The notes: generated by a model not told the origin, from the letters alone. A DNA stretch of 64,000 nt from Candidatus Hydrogenedentota bacterium (GCA_045863295.1 BTWA01000020.1:32001-96000); one strand, 5' to 3'; shown: positions 1 to 10,856, counted from the first letter of the stretch. Numbers and translations are program-made.

Positions 1-1
1 C

Positions 2-1948
2 TTTTGGACCCCCTTCGAAGAGATCTGGTTCGCCACCGAAGGTTTTTACAACGAGCACGTGCATTGCGAGCCCATGGAATTCGCAATCGAAATGGGATTC
101 CCCGGCGTGCTGGCCTATCTGGGTGTGCTTCTTGCCGGCAGTTGCACCGCCCTGAGTCTCGCGCACACACCAGCAAACCGCACGCTAGGCCTGTCCATGG
201 CTGCATTCTTCACGGTGTTCGGGTTGGACAGCGTCTTCGGCTTCAACGCGCACGCACCGGTTTCCGCCATGTTGTTCTTCATGGTGGCCGGAGCACTTGA
301 CGGTATTGGCGTCGAACGCACGCCGTTTTCCGGCTCACGCGCATCTCTCGCCAGACTGCTTCCATATGGCGTCGCCTTTGTAGCCCTGCTCCTCGTCCTC
401 TGGAACGTTCAGGTGTTTCGCTCCATGGCTGTGTTGAAAAGGGCTATCGACGGGTCAGCATCGGGACTCGCATTTCGATCGCCAGCGCTATTCGCAACGA
501 GTGAACGCATCACACCATGGCACTGGCAGGCCCCTTTTGAGTACGGGCGAATGCTGGCCCGGCAGCACAAGTATGACGAGGCGGAGACTGCCTTGGGGCG
601 CGCACTTGAGGACAACCCCAATTTCGTACTTGCGCACACTTCGCTCGGACGCGTCCAACTGGACAAAGCCCAAACTCTAGATCCCAACACACCTGAGTTC
701 AGCGAAGCCCTCGCTGCCGCGCGGGAAAGCGCCGAGGCCGCAATCGCCATGTGCGCGCCACTCCCGGAAGCCCACGAACTGCTCGCCGATGTCGCCCTCG
801 CGCCCCTCGAGAAAACACACGTGTGGCCTCCAGCAAAGTCCAACGACGCCAGCGTTCCCAAGGACGTTGTGACGGCCGCGGAAAAGCACGTTGCGCTCGC
901 CATTGCCAATTATCCGGAGAGCCCGGAAGCCCAATACGCCAAACTGGTCGATCTGCGATTGGCCTTGGGCGACTCGTCAGGCTCCGAATCCGCGATCTTG
1001 CGATTCATTGACGCGTATCCATCCTCCTATGAGGTGTGGAAAAAGACGGCACGTTGTATCGAACGCATCGACTCCGCCACTCGTTTGCACCACGCGATAC
1101 TCCACCAGATCGATTATTTCCAAGGCATTCGCTCCAAAAACGACGACCCCGCACTTCGCACACTGTTATCGGGCATGTATTGGTGCAAGTCCGCCATCGA
1201 GGAATCGCAAAAAGGAGATTACGCCTCCGCGGAGGCCTCGTTGCGCCGATCCGTCGCCATCGCTCCATCGAATCCGGACGCATGGCGCGCGTACAGCCGG
1301 TTCGCTCTACGACACAACCAGCATGCCGCATTCAAACGTGCCATCCGGCTGGCCCGGGACTCCGCTGAAGCCGGCCTGCCCGTCGGCGTGGCCGCACTTT
1401 CGACTGCCTTTCAAGGTGGCACTGAAAACCTACTGAAAGCGGCCACGGAAGCCGCTCAGGCGGCGATGCAATTCGCCAATCGTGTCGGACTCGCGAATGC
1501 CGCTGAACCCGTGGAAGCGGAAGTCGCATGGGTCGCGGATTGGCTGCTGATGGAGTTGCGGCAACTGAGTACGGACGATTCGGCTGCCGCGGATCTCGGT
1601 GTAAATCTCGGCGTCATTCTTGCCATTGCAGGCCGAACAAACGAAGCCGTGACCCTGTTCGATTCGTGGAACCCTCGTCTGCCCGCGAACGATCAAAACA
1701 AGGCCACAACGTATTGGCACCACGCGCTCATGCGTGAAAACCGTTTTCAAGATGCGGCCATGCTTGCGAGGCAGGCTCTCGAAAAGGATCCACAAAATGT
1801 GACGTTGATGGTACTCGAAGCACGCTCCCTCACCTCGGCGGGTTCGCTTGCGGATGCCGCAAGCCTTTATGAGAAAATACTGGCAACGGAGGATTTGGAC
1901 CCGCAAATGCGGGGCCTTATCGAAGCCGAATGGCAATCAGCGCAATGA
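2..1948 (+). CDS. O-antigen ligase (Wzy_C)-like membrane protein with C-terminal TPR repeats, 5'-partial
   Basis: Frame is open from the window start. HVHCEPMEFAIEMGFPG resembles the ligase H-x-H...E-x-G motif, followed by TM helices and many TPR-like helices (YDEAETALGRALEDNPN). Confidence 0.7.
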   Translation, partial: FWTPFEEIWFATEGFYNEHVHCEPMEFAIEMGFPGVLAYLGVLLAGSCTALSLAHTPANRTLGLSMAAFFTVFGLDSVFGFNAHAPVSAMLFFMVAGALDGIGVERTPFSGSRASLARLLPYGVAFVALLLVLWNVQVFRSMAVLKRAIDGSASGLAFRSPALFATSERITPWHWQAPFEYGRMLARQHKYDEAETALGRALEDNPNFVLAHTSLGRVQLDKAQTLDPNTPEFSEALAAARESAEAAIAMCAPLPEAHELLADVALAPLEKTHVWPPAKSNDASVPKDVVTAAEKHVALAIANYPESPEAQYAKLVDLRLALGDSSGSESAILRFIDAYPSSYEVWKKTARCIERIDSATRLHHAILHQIDYFQGIRSKNDDPALRTLLSGMYWCKSAIEESQKGDYASAEASLRRSVAIAPSNPDAWRAYSRFALRHNQHAAFKRAIRLARDSAEAGLPVGVAALSTAFQGGTENLLKAATEAAQAAMQFANRVGLANAAEPVEAEVAWVADWLLMELRQLSTDDSAAADLGVNLGVILAIAGRTNEAVTLFDSWNPRLPANDQNKATTYWHHALMRENRFQDAAMLARQALEKDPQNVTLMVLEARSLTSAGSLADAASLYEKILATEDLDPQMRGLIEAEWQSAQ

Positions 1949-2760
1949 CAAACCGTGTAGGTAAACTCAACCACCTATCTGTACTGAAAATGCGGCTATT
2001 CGTATTCCTCGCCCTAGCCGCATGCTTCGCCGCCTTTCAATCTGCATTTAGCCATTGGGGGCGCACGTGGGCCATTGCGTTGTATAAACCGCTGCTGGAG
2101 GAATCCGTTAACGCGGCCATTGCAGACGACAACTATGGCCTTGCAGAGTCTGTCATGGTGCGCGCGTTAAAAACGTCGCCGGAATACGCCTCCAGCATTC
2201 TGGATTTCACAGGCAGCGCCCTGCGAGTCATGCCCTTGCTGGCACGAGAATTGGATCACGTATATGCCGACGGCCCACATGAAAACGGCGTAATGCGCGC
2301 ACGCGTACTGTTCGCGTCTGGCGCGCATGCCGACGCGATCGACGGATTCCCGGACTCGGATAAAACGGACGGCGGATGGATTATCACCCACATCAAGCGG
2401 ACCAACTTGATGAAACAGGATCGCTATCGGGATGCGGCCGCGTTGCCCCCTGATCCGGTAAACAACAAACTCGAAGCGCCCGCTGGACTCACATACTCTA
2501 TCGGTCAATGGACAACAGAGGTGAACGTCAATGCCGAAGGCTTCGCCGCTGTCGCGGCCGGCGATTTTGAAAGCGCCGCCCCTGCGCTCGAGCGCGCAAC
2601 CGCCGACCCGGAAACAGCCGTAAGCGCCTGGATCAATTTGGGCATTCTGGCAGAAGCGGCCGGCGACCCCGTGAATGCTTCGGCAAACTACGCGCAAGCC
2701 GTCAATCAAGGCGTGTCGCCCGCGCTCGCCGCCCGTCGGTTGCTCGCTCTCAATCCTTAG
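1945..2760 (+). CDS. Membrane-anchored TPR protein
   Basis: ATG overlaps the upstream TGA. N-terminal hydrophobic helix; C-terminal TPR (AWINLGILAEAAGDPVNASANYAQA). Confidence 0.6.
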   Translation: MTNRVGKLNHLSVLKMRLFVFLALAACFAAFQSAFSHWGRTWAIALYKPLLEESVNAAIADDNYGLAESVMVRALKTSPEYASSILDFTGSALRVMPLLARELDHVYADGPHENGVMRARVLFASGAHADAIDGFPDSDKTDGGWIITHIKRTNLMKQDRYRDAAALPPDPVNNKLEAPAGLTYSIGQWTTEVNVNAEGFAAVAAGDFESAAPALERATADPETAVSAWINLGILAEAAGDPVNASANYAQAVNQGVSPALAARRLLALNP

Positions 2761-2959
2761 CCCGCATTTTGCACCACGCTTAAATCATGCGTGGAAGATT
2801 TAAGTACAGTCTCCGTGGCGCAAAATGCTCACACAGAATTCCTTACGCTTGAAATGCTGAGGATATTTCACATGCACACTGTAAGTGCGCCAGTTTTGGT
2901 AACAGGCCGGTTGAATTGTTGGTACACAGTTTATTGGACAAATTCGTGAAATATCCGGG
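2761..2959. mobile_element. MITE-like element, copy 1 (199 bp)
   Basis: Imperfect TIRs CCCGCATTTTGCAC / GTGAAATATCCGGG, flanked by TTAG on both sides (2757-2760 and 2960-2963). Homologous to 18470-18668, 32358-32540 and 35188-35314. Confidence 0.75.
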
Positions 2960-4225
2960 TTAGTTCGTGTCGCTCCGCGTCCGCGCGTTGATCGTCCCCA
3001 TCACAAAACCCAATAGGATCGCCAGCCCGGAAATCTGAATAAAGGGCATAATCTGGCTAAACGCCAAATAGACCAGGGTGACCGCCCCCGTCGAGAACAC
3101 CCGGCTCTTGTACTCCTCATCACGCGCCGATCGATACGCGGACACCCACTGCACGCCAATCGCACTCCACAACCAACCAAAACAAGCGAGACCAAACCAA
3201 CCAAGCTCAATCCAAAAACTGATGGGCACGCTGTGCACGGTCGAGCCAATGGGCTTACCAAGCGGATCCGTCAGGTCCTTCCCTATCGCATGTGCCGTGT
3301 CCAGCCCGTGCCCGAACCAGCCCCCACGGACAGCCTCCTCGCCCGCGCGGGCGTAATGCATTACACGGGAAGCGGTGGATCGATCGCCAGCCTGGGCCCC
3401 CTCATATACCCTGCGCTGCACGGACTCAATAAAATCCGGCTTCATGGCCCACAACCCTAAGGCCCCTGCGGCGCCTATTGCTCCAATTAACAACGCGAAC
3501 GTCATCCGGTGGCGAGTCAGCATCAGCCGCCACAACACAATCACGGCACTTATCGCCCATCCTGTGCGCGACATGGTTAGCGCCAAACCGGCCGCAATGG
3601 CTATCCCCCCAAGAATCGCGGCCGCTTGGCGGATACGCGTGGACCATACAGCGGGTTCAAACAACAGACAGGCAAGACCAAACACCAGGAACAACGCTTG
3701 CTGATTGGCATCAGGATGACCAACGCATATTCGCCGGATGCCCAAGGTCAACGTCGCCATATCGACGGTGGGCCGGACACCCAGTTCGGCGCTGGCCAGC
3801 ACCGCCAACACCCCGCTGAATGCCGCGCCACCAGCGAAAACAGGCGCAAACGCGCGAAGCGCCGGCGGTTCGGAAATCGCCGTTGAGACCGCATAAAACA
3901 AAACCGCATACTGAACAAAAAGCGTCATGCCCCGGATCGACGCATCGCGATCGACGGAACCGGGAATGGACAGCGCGCAAGCCAACGCGAACAGCGCTAA
4001 CGCACCGTCTATGCCGGTCGCTGCAAACGGCGCGCGTTTGCACAAGACGCGCCTCGCCATCACCACCGCAATCAACAGCAGGCCGCCCGCTTTCACAACC
4101 GTGACCGAAGTGCCTGGAACAACAATTGCCGCCTGCGCCGGCAACGAAAACGCCACCAGACACAACAGAAAATACTCGGCCTGCGACAGAAGGACGCGCA
4201 CTGTGCGCAGCACGTTATTCTCCAT
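2960..4225 (-). CDS. O-antigen ligase/polymerase (Wzy) family membrane protein
   Basis: Many TM segments; motifs LTMSRTG, STASR, GHG and TVHSVPISFWIELG typical of Wzy_C. Confidence 0.8.
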   Translation of the reverse strand: MENNVLRTVRVLLSQAEYFLLCLVAFSLPAQAAIVVPGTSVTVVKAGGLLLIAVVMARRVLCKRAPFAATGIDGALALFALACALSIPGSVDRDASIRGMTLFVQYAVLFYAVSTAISEPPALRAFAPVFAGGAAFSGVLAVLASAELGVRPTVDMATLTLGIRRICVGHPDANQQALFLVFGLACLLFEPAVWSTRIRQAAAILGGIAIAAGLALTMSRTGWAISAVIVLWRLMLTRHRMTFALLIGAIGAAGALGLWAMKPDFIESVQRRVYEGAQAGDRSTASRVMHYARAGEEAVRGGWFGHGLDTAHAIGKDLTDPLGKPIGSTVHSVPISFWIELGWFGLACFGWLWSAIGVQWVSAYRSARDEEYKSRVFSTGAVTLVYLAFSQIMPFIQISGLAILLGFVMGTINARTRSDTN

Positions 4226-4234
4226 GGCTGCCTG

Positions 4235-5380
4235 TCATGGCCCGCGCTCGCCGCAATCGTACGCAATGGCCGGCATATCCGATGCAACTCCGGAAGCTTC
4301 GCACACGGTGACAACCCCGTCCATCCGTAACACGGCAAACACATAGGCATTGGGCATTACGGTCTCCGGAGGAATGCGCGAAACGCCCACAATCGATTCA
4401 AGCGCGGCGCGCGCCTCACGGGACATTTCGCCGACCGCGCGCCCAGAAGCCATGCCAAACACAAAAGGATACGGCTGCGTGGCACGCCACCAGGCTTCCA
4501 GCGTTTCCCTTTCGTTGCTCAGCGCCTTCAACGAAATCGTCTCCCGGCATACAATGGCCGGCGAATTCGGATCAACAGCGGCCAGCAACCAGCCATCCGC
4601 CTGTTCCGAAGCGCGCATCGGCCCGAACTGAACGCGATACCGGTTACCCTCGGCGTCGCCGGTCGCGATCAATTTCCAGGACATGCCCAACCCGGGCCGC
4701 CCCGCGGATAGGCCGCATGCCGTCGGGCCAATCAGGCCCACCGCGCGCGCAAGTTGGCCGTCGGAAAGTCCGGCCTCCGCAATTCGGACCGCAGGAATCC
4801 GAAACACATCGGAAAAAAGCTCCGATCCGTCCAGGCAACGAATAGCCGCGCCGTCACCCGGCATCACACGCAACAACGAATAGAATTGGGGCCAATCGTC
4901 CAGGCTCGCTGCAACGCGCGCCGATCGCAACAAGCCCAGTGGAGTGGCCAACGTAGTGGGATTACGTTGAGCAATCTCACCCAAAAGAGTAGTCAATTCG
5001 TCCCGCGTCGGCGGTGGAAGAACGGCAGGGCCGCGCGTCCGTGTTCCCGATGCGGCCCAGATCAAATGCTCAAGTGCGACATCGGGCAGATCCACCTCCA
5101 GGCGGCAACGGCTGATCTGAAAATGCGTCCGCGCATCAAACGGATGGCTGTACAACATTTGCCCGGCCGCCTGGGCCGCCTCCGGCCACTGCCCGGCCTC
5201 CATAAGGGTGTTCACGCGCTCAGCCTGCGCCGCTGTTCCTCGTTGCCCGCCATAGCGAGAAGAGGCCTGATAAAGCACCGTCAGAACAATTGCGGTACAG
5301 ACTGCAAGCCACGCTATCGCCTTCTCTCGAAAACTTGATGGGCGCGTTACCTCGATCCGTTCCGGCGCATGCTCGGTCAT
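4235..5380 (-). CDS. Membrane-anchored hypothetical protein with TPR-like segment
   Basis: ATG overlaps the upstream stop. One N-terminal TM, then AGQWPEAAQAA...PFDARTHFQISRC. Confidence 0.55.
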   Translation of the reverse strand: MTEHAPERIEVTRPSSFREKAIAWLAVCTAIVLTVLYQASSRYGGQRGTAAQAERVNTLMEAGQWPEAAQAAGQMLYSHPFDARTHFQISRCRLEVDLPDVALEHLIWAASGTRTRGPAVLPPPTRDELTTLLGEIAQRNPTTLATPLGLLRSARVAASLDDWPQFYSLLRVMPGDGAAIRCLDGSELFSDVFRIPAVRIAEAGLSDGQLARAVGLIGPTACGLSAGRPGLGMSWKLIATGDAEGNRYRVQFGPMRASEQADGWLLAAVDPNSPAIVCRETISLKALSNERETLEAWWRATQPYPFVFGMASGRAVGEMSREARAALESIVGVSRIPPETVMPNAYVFAVLRMDGVVTVCEASGVASDMPAIAYDCGERGP

Positions 5381-6627
5381 GAAACCGATTCCATACGCAA
5401 GGCATCGAACCAAATCTCCCCCAGGGTCTCGGGTTCGCTTCCTTCGGCAGGGCGACGCAACATGACAAGCAGACTCGCGGTATCACGGGGAACCTCGAAT
5501 TGCAGCGTCAGCGGTGTCCAGTCGCGCGTCCCCGTCAACAACGCACTTCGTGTCAAGAAACCCGCGCGGTTGTCCGCGTCACACACTTCAATGCACGCCC
5601 CCATCCCACCGGCATCGCGTGTGCGCACCCAACCGGTAATCACATAACGGCCCCCCGCCATCACCGGCACTTCCTGCCATAGCCCCAGGTTCTCGCGGGC
5701 CGGAAGCGACACGCGCAACGCTTGCCGCCCTTCCAACTTCACATCCCGATCCACCGCAACCGATGCGCGATCGCTTACCTCTCCCAGCCAATACCGGCGA
5801 CCCAATTCGCCCGCCTCAAAGCTACCGTTGGACAGCGTGCTGTGCCGCTCCGGGAAAACATACACGCCATCAATCCATACAGTTCCATGGGACCCGTCTG
5901 CAATCAGGGCAAATCGGATCGGCGCTGTCTCCGCTACAAATGGCAAAACATACTGCTTCCAGTCGGCAACGCCCGTCACAAGCTCCGTCGTATGGGTGCT
6001 CCCCACGCCCGCCCGGACTCCCGCACCGGTTACCGACTCCGCGCGGATCCAGCAACTCAATTGATAGGCATACCCGGGTATGACGGCAATCGGTTGCGCA
6101 ATCAATTCCTCGGCGCTTGAATCAAATTCGATCCGCACCGACGTCCTGCCGTCGACCGGCTCCGAACCAACCACGGCCGCGCGCACGGCTGGCGCGCCGC
6201 CCACATACCAAGGCGTGTCCGGATCCATCAACGTTTCCAAACCCGGATCGGTGACAATGGCATTGTCGCGATCTACGACCGTGCCGGCCTTGTGCCCTCG
6301 CTCCGCAAGAATCCACTGAAGGCGCTGCAGACAATTCTGGCGCGCCTTTTCCGATTCGATGCCCAAACGCAACGCCGTCCGGTACGACTCCACAGCCTCG
6401 TTCAGCCGCCCTTCCGCCTGAAAGAGTATTCCCTGCCGCAGCACCGTAGACGCGTCCGAAGCCTCCGATCGGGCAATCCAATCCAGCCCAAAACGGCTGA
6501 AGACCAGCACGAATCCGATCAGCAGAAGCAACAAGAGAATGGAAAATGCGATGGAAACCGCAGGCAGCCCACGGAAAGCCAACGGAGCATTCGACTCGAC
6601 CGGTTCTGATGGGACAGGGTTGCTCAA
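5377..6627 (-). CDS. Membrane-anchored TPR protein with two carbohydrate-binding (CBM_4_9-like) domains
   Basis: TM, one TPR, then two galactose-binding-like domains (NGSFE..., QEVPV...YVITGWVRT, GTRDW, G.VWIDGV/IWFDAL). Confidence 0.7.
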   Translation of the reverse strand: MSNPVPSEPVESNAPLAFRGLPAVSIAFSILLLLLLIGFVLVFSRFGLDWIARSEASDASTVLRQGILFQAEGRLNEAVESYRTALRLGIESEKARQNCLQRLQWILAERGHKAGTVVDRDNAIVTDPGLETLMDPDTPWYVGGAPAVRAAVVGSEPVDGRTSVRIEFDSSAEELIAQPIAVIPGYAYQLSCWIRAESVTGAGVRAGVGSTHTTELVTGVADWKQYVLPFVAETAPIRFALIADGSHGTVWIDGVYVFPERHSTLSNGSFEAGELGRRYWLGEVSDRASVAVDRDVKLEGRQALRVSLPARENLGLWQEVPVMAGGRYVITGWVRTRDAGGMGACIEVCDADNRAGFLTRSALLTGTRDWTPLTLQFEVPRDTASLLVMLRRPAEGSEPETLGEIWFDALRMESVS

Positions 6628-6859
6628 AGTGACTTCACCCGTATATGCAATGCACCAAGAATACGAATGCCCCTGATGGTAAATGTTCCACCGATGACAA
6701 ACAAACCCCGGCCGCGCGGCTTCCTTTCACGTGCGGCAACTCCGCCGCACATTGTGCGCGGCCGCCCGTATTGATTACTCTTCCTATCTGCGAGGTTCCG
6801 GCGCGGTTTACCCGCCGGTAGAAGGCCGCGCGAAGTCCCGTGGCTATGGAATACAACGC

Positions 6860-8281
6860 GTGACGGGTACAAAGATCAAAACGAATCGCATCGGATCGGA
6901 ACCTGCAAACGATCGCATCCGGCCGGGTGGAGCGATCAGAGCACTGCTGGGCCTGGATCTGCTGGGCGCCGCCGCCAGTTCCTTCGCGGCTCTGACTATT
7001 CGATTTGCAGGCGCTCCGCCATGGCAAAATGTCGAGCCTTATGTCTACACATTTGCCGTGCTGCTCGCGGTGCGCCTCTTCGCGGCATACGCATCCGGAC
7101 TCTACGATTTCCGCCACAAACTCACCACCGTCGATCACGGTTTCGCCGCTGTCGGCGCCGCATTTTGGGGCGTCGCTACCGGTTATCTTATGCTCACTGG
7201 CATTAGTTTCTACTACCGGCCCGAATGGGAACTGTCGCGATGGGTCGCACTACTCGATTTCCTCTTGCTGGCGGCGTGGTTCGCCGCATCCCGTTCCGCC
7301 GCGCTCGCATGGCTGCGCCGCCGCGGATACGAGTTGCGCCTCGCGCTCGTGGGCGACCCCACTGCCTGCCGCGAACTTGCGCAAGAAGTACACCGCGAAG
7401 CCCCGGTTTCCATCCGGCTTGCAGGCTACTACACAACCAGCGAATCTCACCAAGACTCCGGCGCGCTCGGCTCCATGACGAATCCCGGCACCGCCGCCGA
7501 ACTCGAACTCGCCGACCAGATTATCCTCGCAGGAATTGACCCCTCCCTGACCGTCGCCCCTGTCACGCTGAGCCGCATCGACCCGCGCAAAACCGAATTC
7601 TTCCTCTTTCCCGGCCTCGACCTCTCGCTCCTAGCGGGCACCCGCATCATGCGTGTGGCCGGGCTCCCCGTTGTCCCTTTACGCTCCGCCTACCTGTACA
7701 GTGCGTACCGGCCCATCAAGCGCATCGCCGACGTGCTCGGCGCTGTGGTTCTGCTCATCGCCGCCTTGCCCGTGATGGCCGTGGCCGCCGCCGCCATCCG
7801 ATGGACCTCCCCGGGACCAGCCCTGTTCGTACAGGATCGCGTCGGGCTGAACGGCTCATCGTTCCGCATGATCAAATTGCGCACCATGATCCCCAACGCC
7901 GAGGCCAACAGCGGCGCCATTCTCTCCACCGAAGGCGACCCGCGAATTACGCCCCTCGGCCGAATTCTCAGACGATACCGGATCGACGAACTCCCCCAAC
8001 TCTGGAATGTCCTCCGGGGTGAAATGAGCTTCGTCGGACCCCGCCCCGAACGCCGGGAATTCGTCGACCAATTCGTTCAAGAAAATCCACTCTACGAATG
8101 GCGTTTCCAAGTCCGCCCCGGCCTCACAGGACTCGCCCAAATCCACGGCCGCTACGACACCGACTACAAACACAAACTCCGGTACGACCTCGTCTATATC
8201 AACACCGTCTCGTTCCCCACCGACGCCCGCATCCTGTACGCAACCATTCGAACCGTCCTCACCGGCCAAGGCGCACTGTAA
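6860..8281 (+). CDS. Polyprenyl-phosphate sugar phosphotransferase (WcaJ/WbaP-like priming glycosyltransferase); start uncertain, ORF open from 6731
   Basis: N-terminal TMs and CoA-binding-like region; C-terminal KRIAD, SPGP, KLRTM, DPRIT, IDELPQLWNVLRGEMSFVGPRPE, RPGLTGLAQ. Confidence 0.9.
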   Translation: MTGTKIKTNRIGSEPANDRIRPGGAIRALLGLDLLGAAASSFAALTIRFAGAPPWQNVEPYVYTFAVLLAVRLFAAYASGLYDFRHKLTTVDHGFAAVGAAFWGVATGYLMLTGISFYYRPEWELSRWVALLDFLLLAAWFAASRSAALAWLRRRGYELRLALVGDPTACRELAQEVHREAPVSIRLAGYYTTSESHQDSGALGSMTNPGTAAELELADQIILAGIDPSLTVAPVTLSRIDPRKTEFFLFPGLDLSLLAGTRIMRVAGLPVVPLRSAYLYSAYRPIKRIADVLGAVVLLIAALPVMAVAAAAIRWTSPGPALFVQDRVGLNGSSFRMIKLRTMIPNAEANSGAILSTEGDPRITPLGRILRRYRIDELPQLWNVLRGEMSFVGPRPERREFVDQFVQENPLYEWRFQVRPGLTGLAQIHGRYDTDYKHKLRYDLVYINTVSFPTDARILYATIRTVLTGQGAL

Positions 8282-8390
8282 TCGCAGTCAAAAACAACAT
8301 ATCTATCCCCATCCCTTTCGTCCCTTAGGCCCCTTCTACCCATCGCGAACCCGTACCTCCTTGTATCGTCACTTTTATTGCAGGGGTGCG

Positions 8391-9593
8391 TCAGGCGGGC
8401 GCGTTCGGAGTTCCATGCAATGCCTCGTGGTACACGTTGAGGTATTGCTGCGCGATGGCGTCCCAATTGTATTCCCGGAGCACGTGGTTGCGGGCGCTTT
8501 CGCCTAGTCGTGCCGTCTCTACGGGATTCTCAATAAGCTTCGTAAGTTGCGCCGCCAAATCGGCCAAATCGGCCTTTTTGAACGTAACTCCATGCGGAGC
8601 CGGATTGCCTTCGGGATCGCCGTCCGGATACCCCAGACGAGGCGGGTCAATCACCTCGACCACTTCGGGAATGTCGCTGGTCAGACAACAACGCCCATTG
8701 CCCATGGCTTCCAGCAACACAATAGGGAGACCCTCCAAATCCGACGGCAGGCAAAACAGATAAGCATTGCTGAAGGCCTCTTCCTTGTCCGCACCGTAGA
8801 GCGCGCCTGTGAACACGATGCGGTCGTCACCCTCGGCCAGCGTGCGCACGGTCGTGTAAAACTCGCCAGCGTGGCGGGCGTCGCCCACGATCGCAAGTTT
8901 CATGTCGGTGTCCACCGCGCGAAAGGCCGGCACCAGGTATTGCGCCCCCTTCTCCGGCACGATGCGGCCAAGGTAGAGAATGTACTTGCCGGGCTCAAGG
9001 CCGTGTTTCGAAAGAGACTGCAACGGACGATGCGGTATGGCGGGAACGCCATTGGGAATATAGACCACATCTTTCCCATACGCCTCGGGATAGTGACGCT
9101 CCAAAAAGCGCGACACCACCGTGGTACGGTTCGGAAAGTGCAACGCACACCATTCGCCGATACGCAGCACAGTCTTCGCAACCGTGCCCCACTTGTCCCT
9201 GCGATAGTCGAGACCGTGAAGCGTGCAGACTGTCTTTCGGCCAAAAAGACGCGGAATCCATGAAAGAACCGCCGGACCCATGGAGTGAAATTGAATGACC
9301 TCGCATTGCCAGATGGCCACGATCATGGAAAGAAACGAATGCGTAATCGCTTCCAAATGCTTGGTGTAGATGGCGGGCAGGCTCACCAGTTTGACGCCAT
9401 GGTATTCCTTCAGTCCATCGGTGTTGTATTTCTTGCGCACATACACCGTGACGTCGTGACCCGCCGCGGCCTGGCGCGTGGTGACTTCCTCGATGAGCTT
9501 TTCCACGCCGCCCGCCGTGCCGCTGGAGGCCCCCCCAATGGTGATGAGACCAACTACGCCAATGCGCATGGGTTTGTGTGCCACGTCAACCAT
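8391..9593 (-). CDS. Glycosyltransferase family 4
   Basis: GGVE, LYLGRIVPEKG, PSDLEGLPIVLLEAM. Confidence 0.9.
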   Translation of the reverse strand: MVDVAHKPMRIGVVGLITIGGASSGTAGGVEKLIEEVTTRQAAAGHDVTVYVRKKYNTDGLKEYHGVKLVSLPAIYTKHLEAITHSFLSMIVAIWQCEVIQFHSMGPAVLSWIPRLFGRKTVCTLHGLDYRRDKWGTVAKTVLRIGEWCALHFPNRTTVVSRFLERHYPEAYGKDVVYIPNGVPAIPHRPLQSLSKHGLEPGKYILYLGRIVPEKGAQYLVPAFRAVDTDMKLAIVGDARHAGEFYTTVRTLAEGDDRIVFTGALYGADKEEAFSNAYLFCLPSDLEGLPIVLLEAMGNGRCCLTSDIPEVVEVIDPPRLGYPDGDPEGNPAPHGVTFKKADLADLAAQLTKLIENPVETARLGESARNHVLREYNWDAIAQQYLNVYHEALHGTPNAPA

Positions 9594-9596
9594 CGG

Positions 9597-10856
9597 CTAC
9601 ACCGACGCCGCGGCGGGGGTCCGGCCAAGTACACGGTTGTAGACCTTCATCACCTGCTCGTATTGATGGGGCGCGTCGTATTCCTCCTCGGCGCGCTTGC
9701 GGGCATTCCGGCCCAGAGTGCGCAGGCGATCACGATCGGCCACGGCAAGGCCTATGGCCCGCGCGAGATCCGGGGCATCGCCCGCGGTGAATTGAAAACC
9801 GGTTTGCCCGTCGAACACCATCTCGCCCAGCCCGCCGATGCGCGCGCCGATGACCGGCTTGCCGTAGGCATACGCCTCAATCAACGCAAGCGGACAGTTC
9901 TCATACCATTCCGACGGAATCAACACCGCCATCGAATTGCGAATCGCGGCACGTAGCGTGTCTCCAGAGAGGTGGCCGGTCAATTCAAGATTCGTCATGC
10001 CGCTTTCCTTCACGAGACCCTTGATTGCGTCTTCATAGGGGCCGCGGCCTGTAATCTTGAGTTTCACATTCGGGAACTGCTTCATGGCTTCGATGAGTGT
10101 GGGCACGCCTTTCTCCGAAGAGAGGCGGCCAAGATAAAGCAGGTAATCGCCAGGCTCGTATTGCGGCTCGTATTGATCCACATGGATGAAGTTCGGCACA
10201 TACGTGACTTTCTCGCGCGGTATGCCAAACTCGATTATCTTGTTGGCCGTGAAGCGCGCCGGCGCCACAAACAAATCATAGAGTTCGTTGTAGCGCTTCC
10301 AATGGTGCACATACATCTCCACCGTATTCACCACGCTGCCCAGCAGCGATCCCTTGTTGCAACGATGAATCGCGCATTGGATGTAGTGGTGCCCCTTGCA
10401 CCGCTCGCACACACCGTCATGGGTGAGCATCTTGTAGTTGGGGCAGACGATCTTGAAATCCTGAACCATCATCACAATAGGAATGCCGCGCTTCTTGATC
10501 TCCGGAAGAATGCTCGGTGTGATCTGGTGATGGTAGTTGTGCAAATGAACAACGTCATACGGCTCGTCATCCAGCAATCGCGCAATCTTGCGCCTCGCCT
10601 CGCCGTTATAAACCGTTTTCGCGGCAATCTTCAGCTTTCCCTGGAGGCCGCCCGGGTTCTCGTAGTTCACATGCTCGATGAAATATCCCGACTGCTCGCA
10701 CGGAATGTTTTCGGGATGCGCCATCGAAAAAAAATGGACCGTATGTCCATGATCGCGCAGCAACTCCGACAACCCGAGGTAATACAACTCCGCGCCGCCA
10801 TTGAGAAAATGAAACTTGTTGATTTGCAGAATGCGCAACGGCGCAGCCGGTTCCAA
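9597..10856 (-). CDS. Glycosyltransferase family 4
   Basis: GGAE, YLGRLSSEKG, PSEWYENCPLALIEAYAYGKPVI. Confidence 0.9.
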   Translation of the reverse strand: MEPAAPLRILQINKFHFLNGGAELYYLGLSELLRDHGHTVHFFSMAHPENIPCEQSGYFIEHVNYENPGGLQGKLKIAAKTVYNGEARRKIARLLDDEPYDVVHLHNYHHQITPSILPEIKKRGIPIVMMVQDFKIVCPNYKMLTHDGVCERCKGHHYIQCAIHRCNKGSLLGSVVNTVEMYVHHWKRYNELYDLFVAPARFTANKIIEFGIPREKVTYVPNFIHVDQYEPQYEPGDYLLYLGRLSSEKGVPTLIEAMKQFPNVKLKITGRGPYEDAIKGLVKESGMTNLELTGHLSGDTLRAAIRNSMAVLIPSEWYENCPLALIEAYAYGKPVIGARIGGLGEMVFDGQTGFQFTAGDAPDLARAIGLAVADRDRLRTLGRNARKRAEEEYDAPHQYEQVMKVYNRVLGRTPAAASV

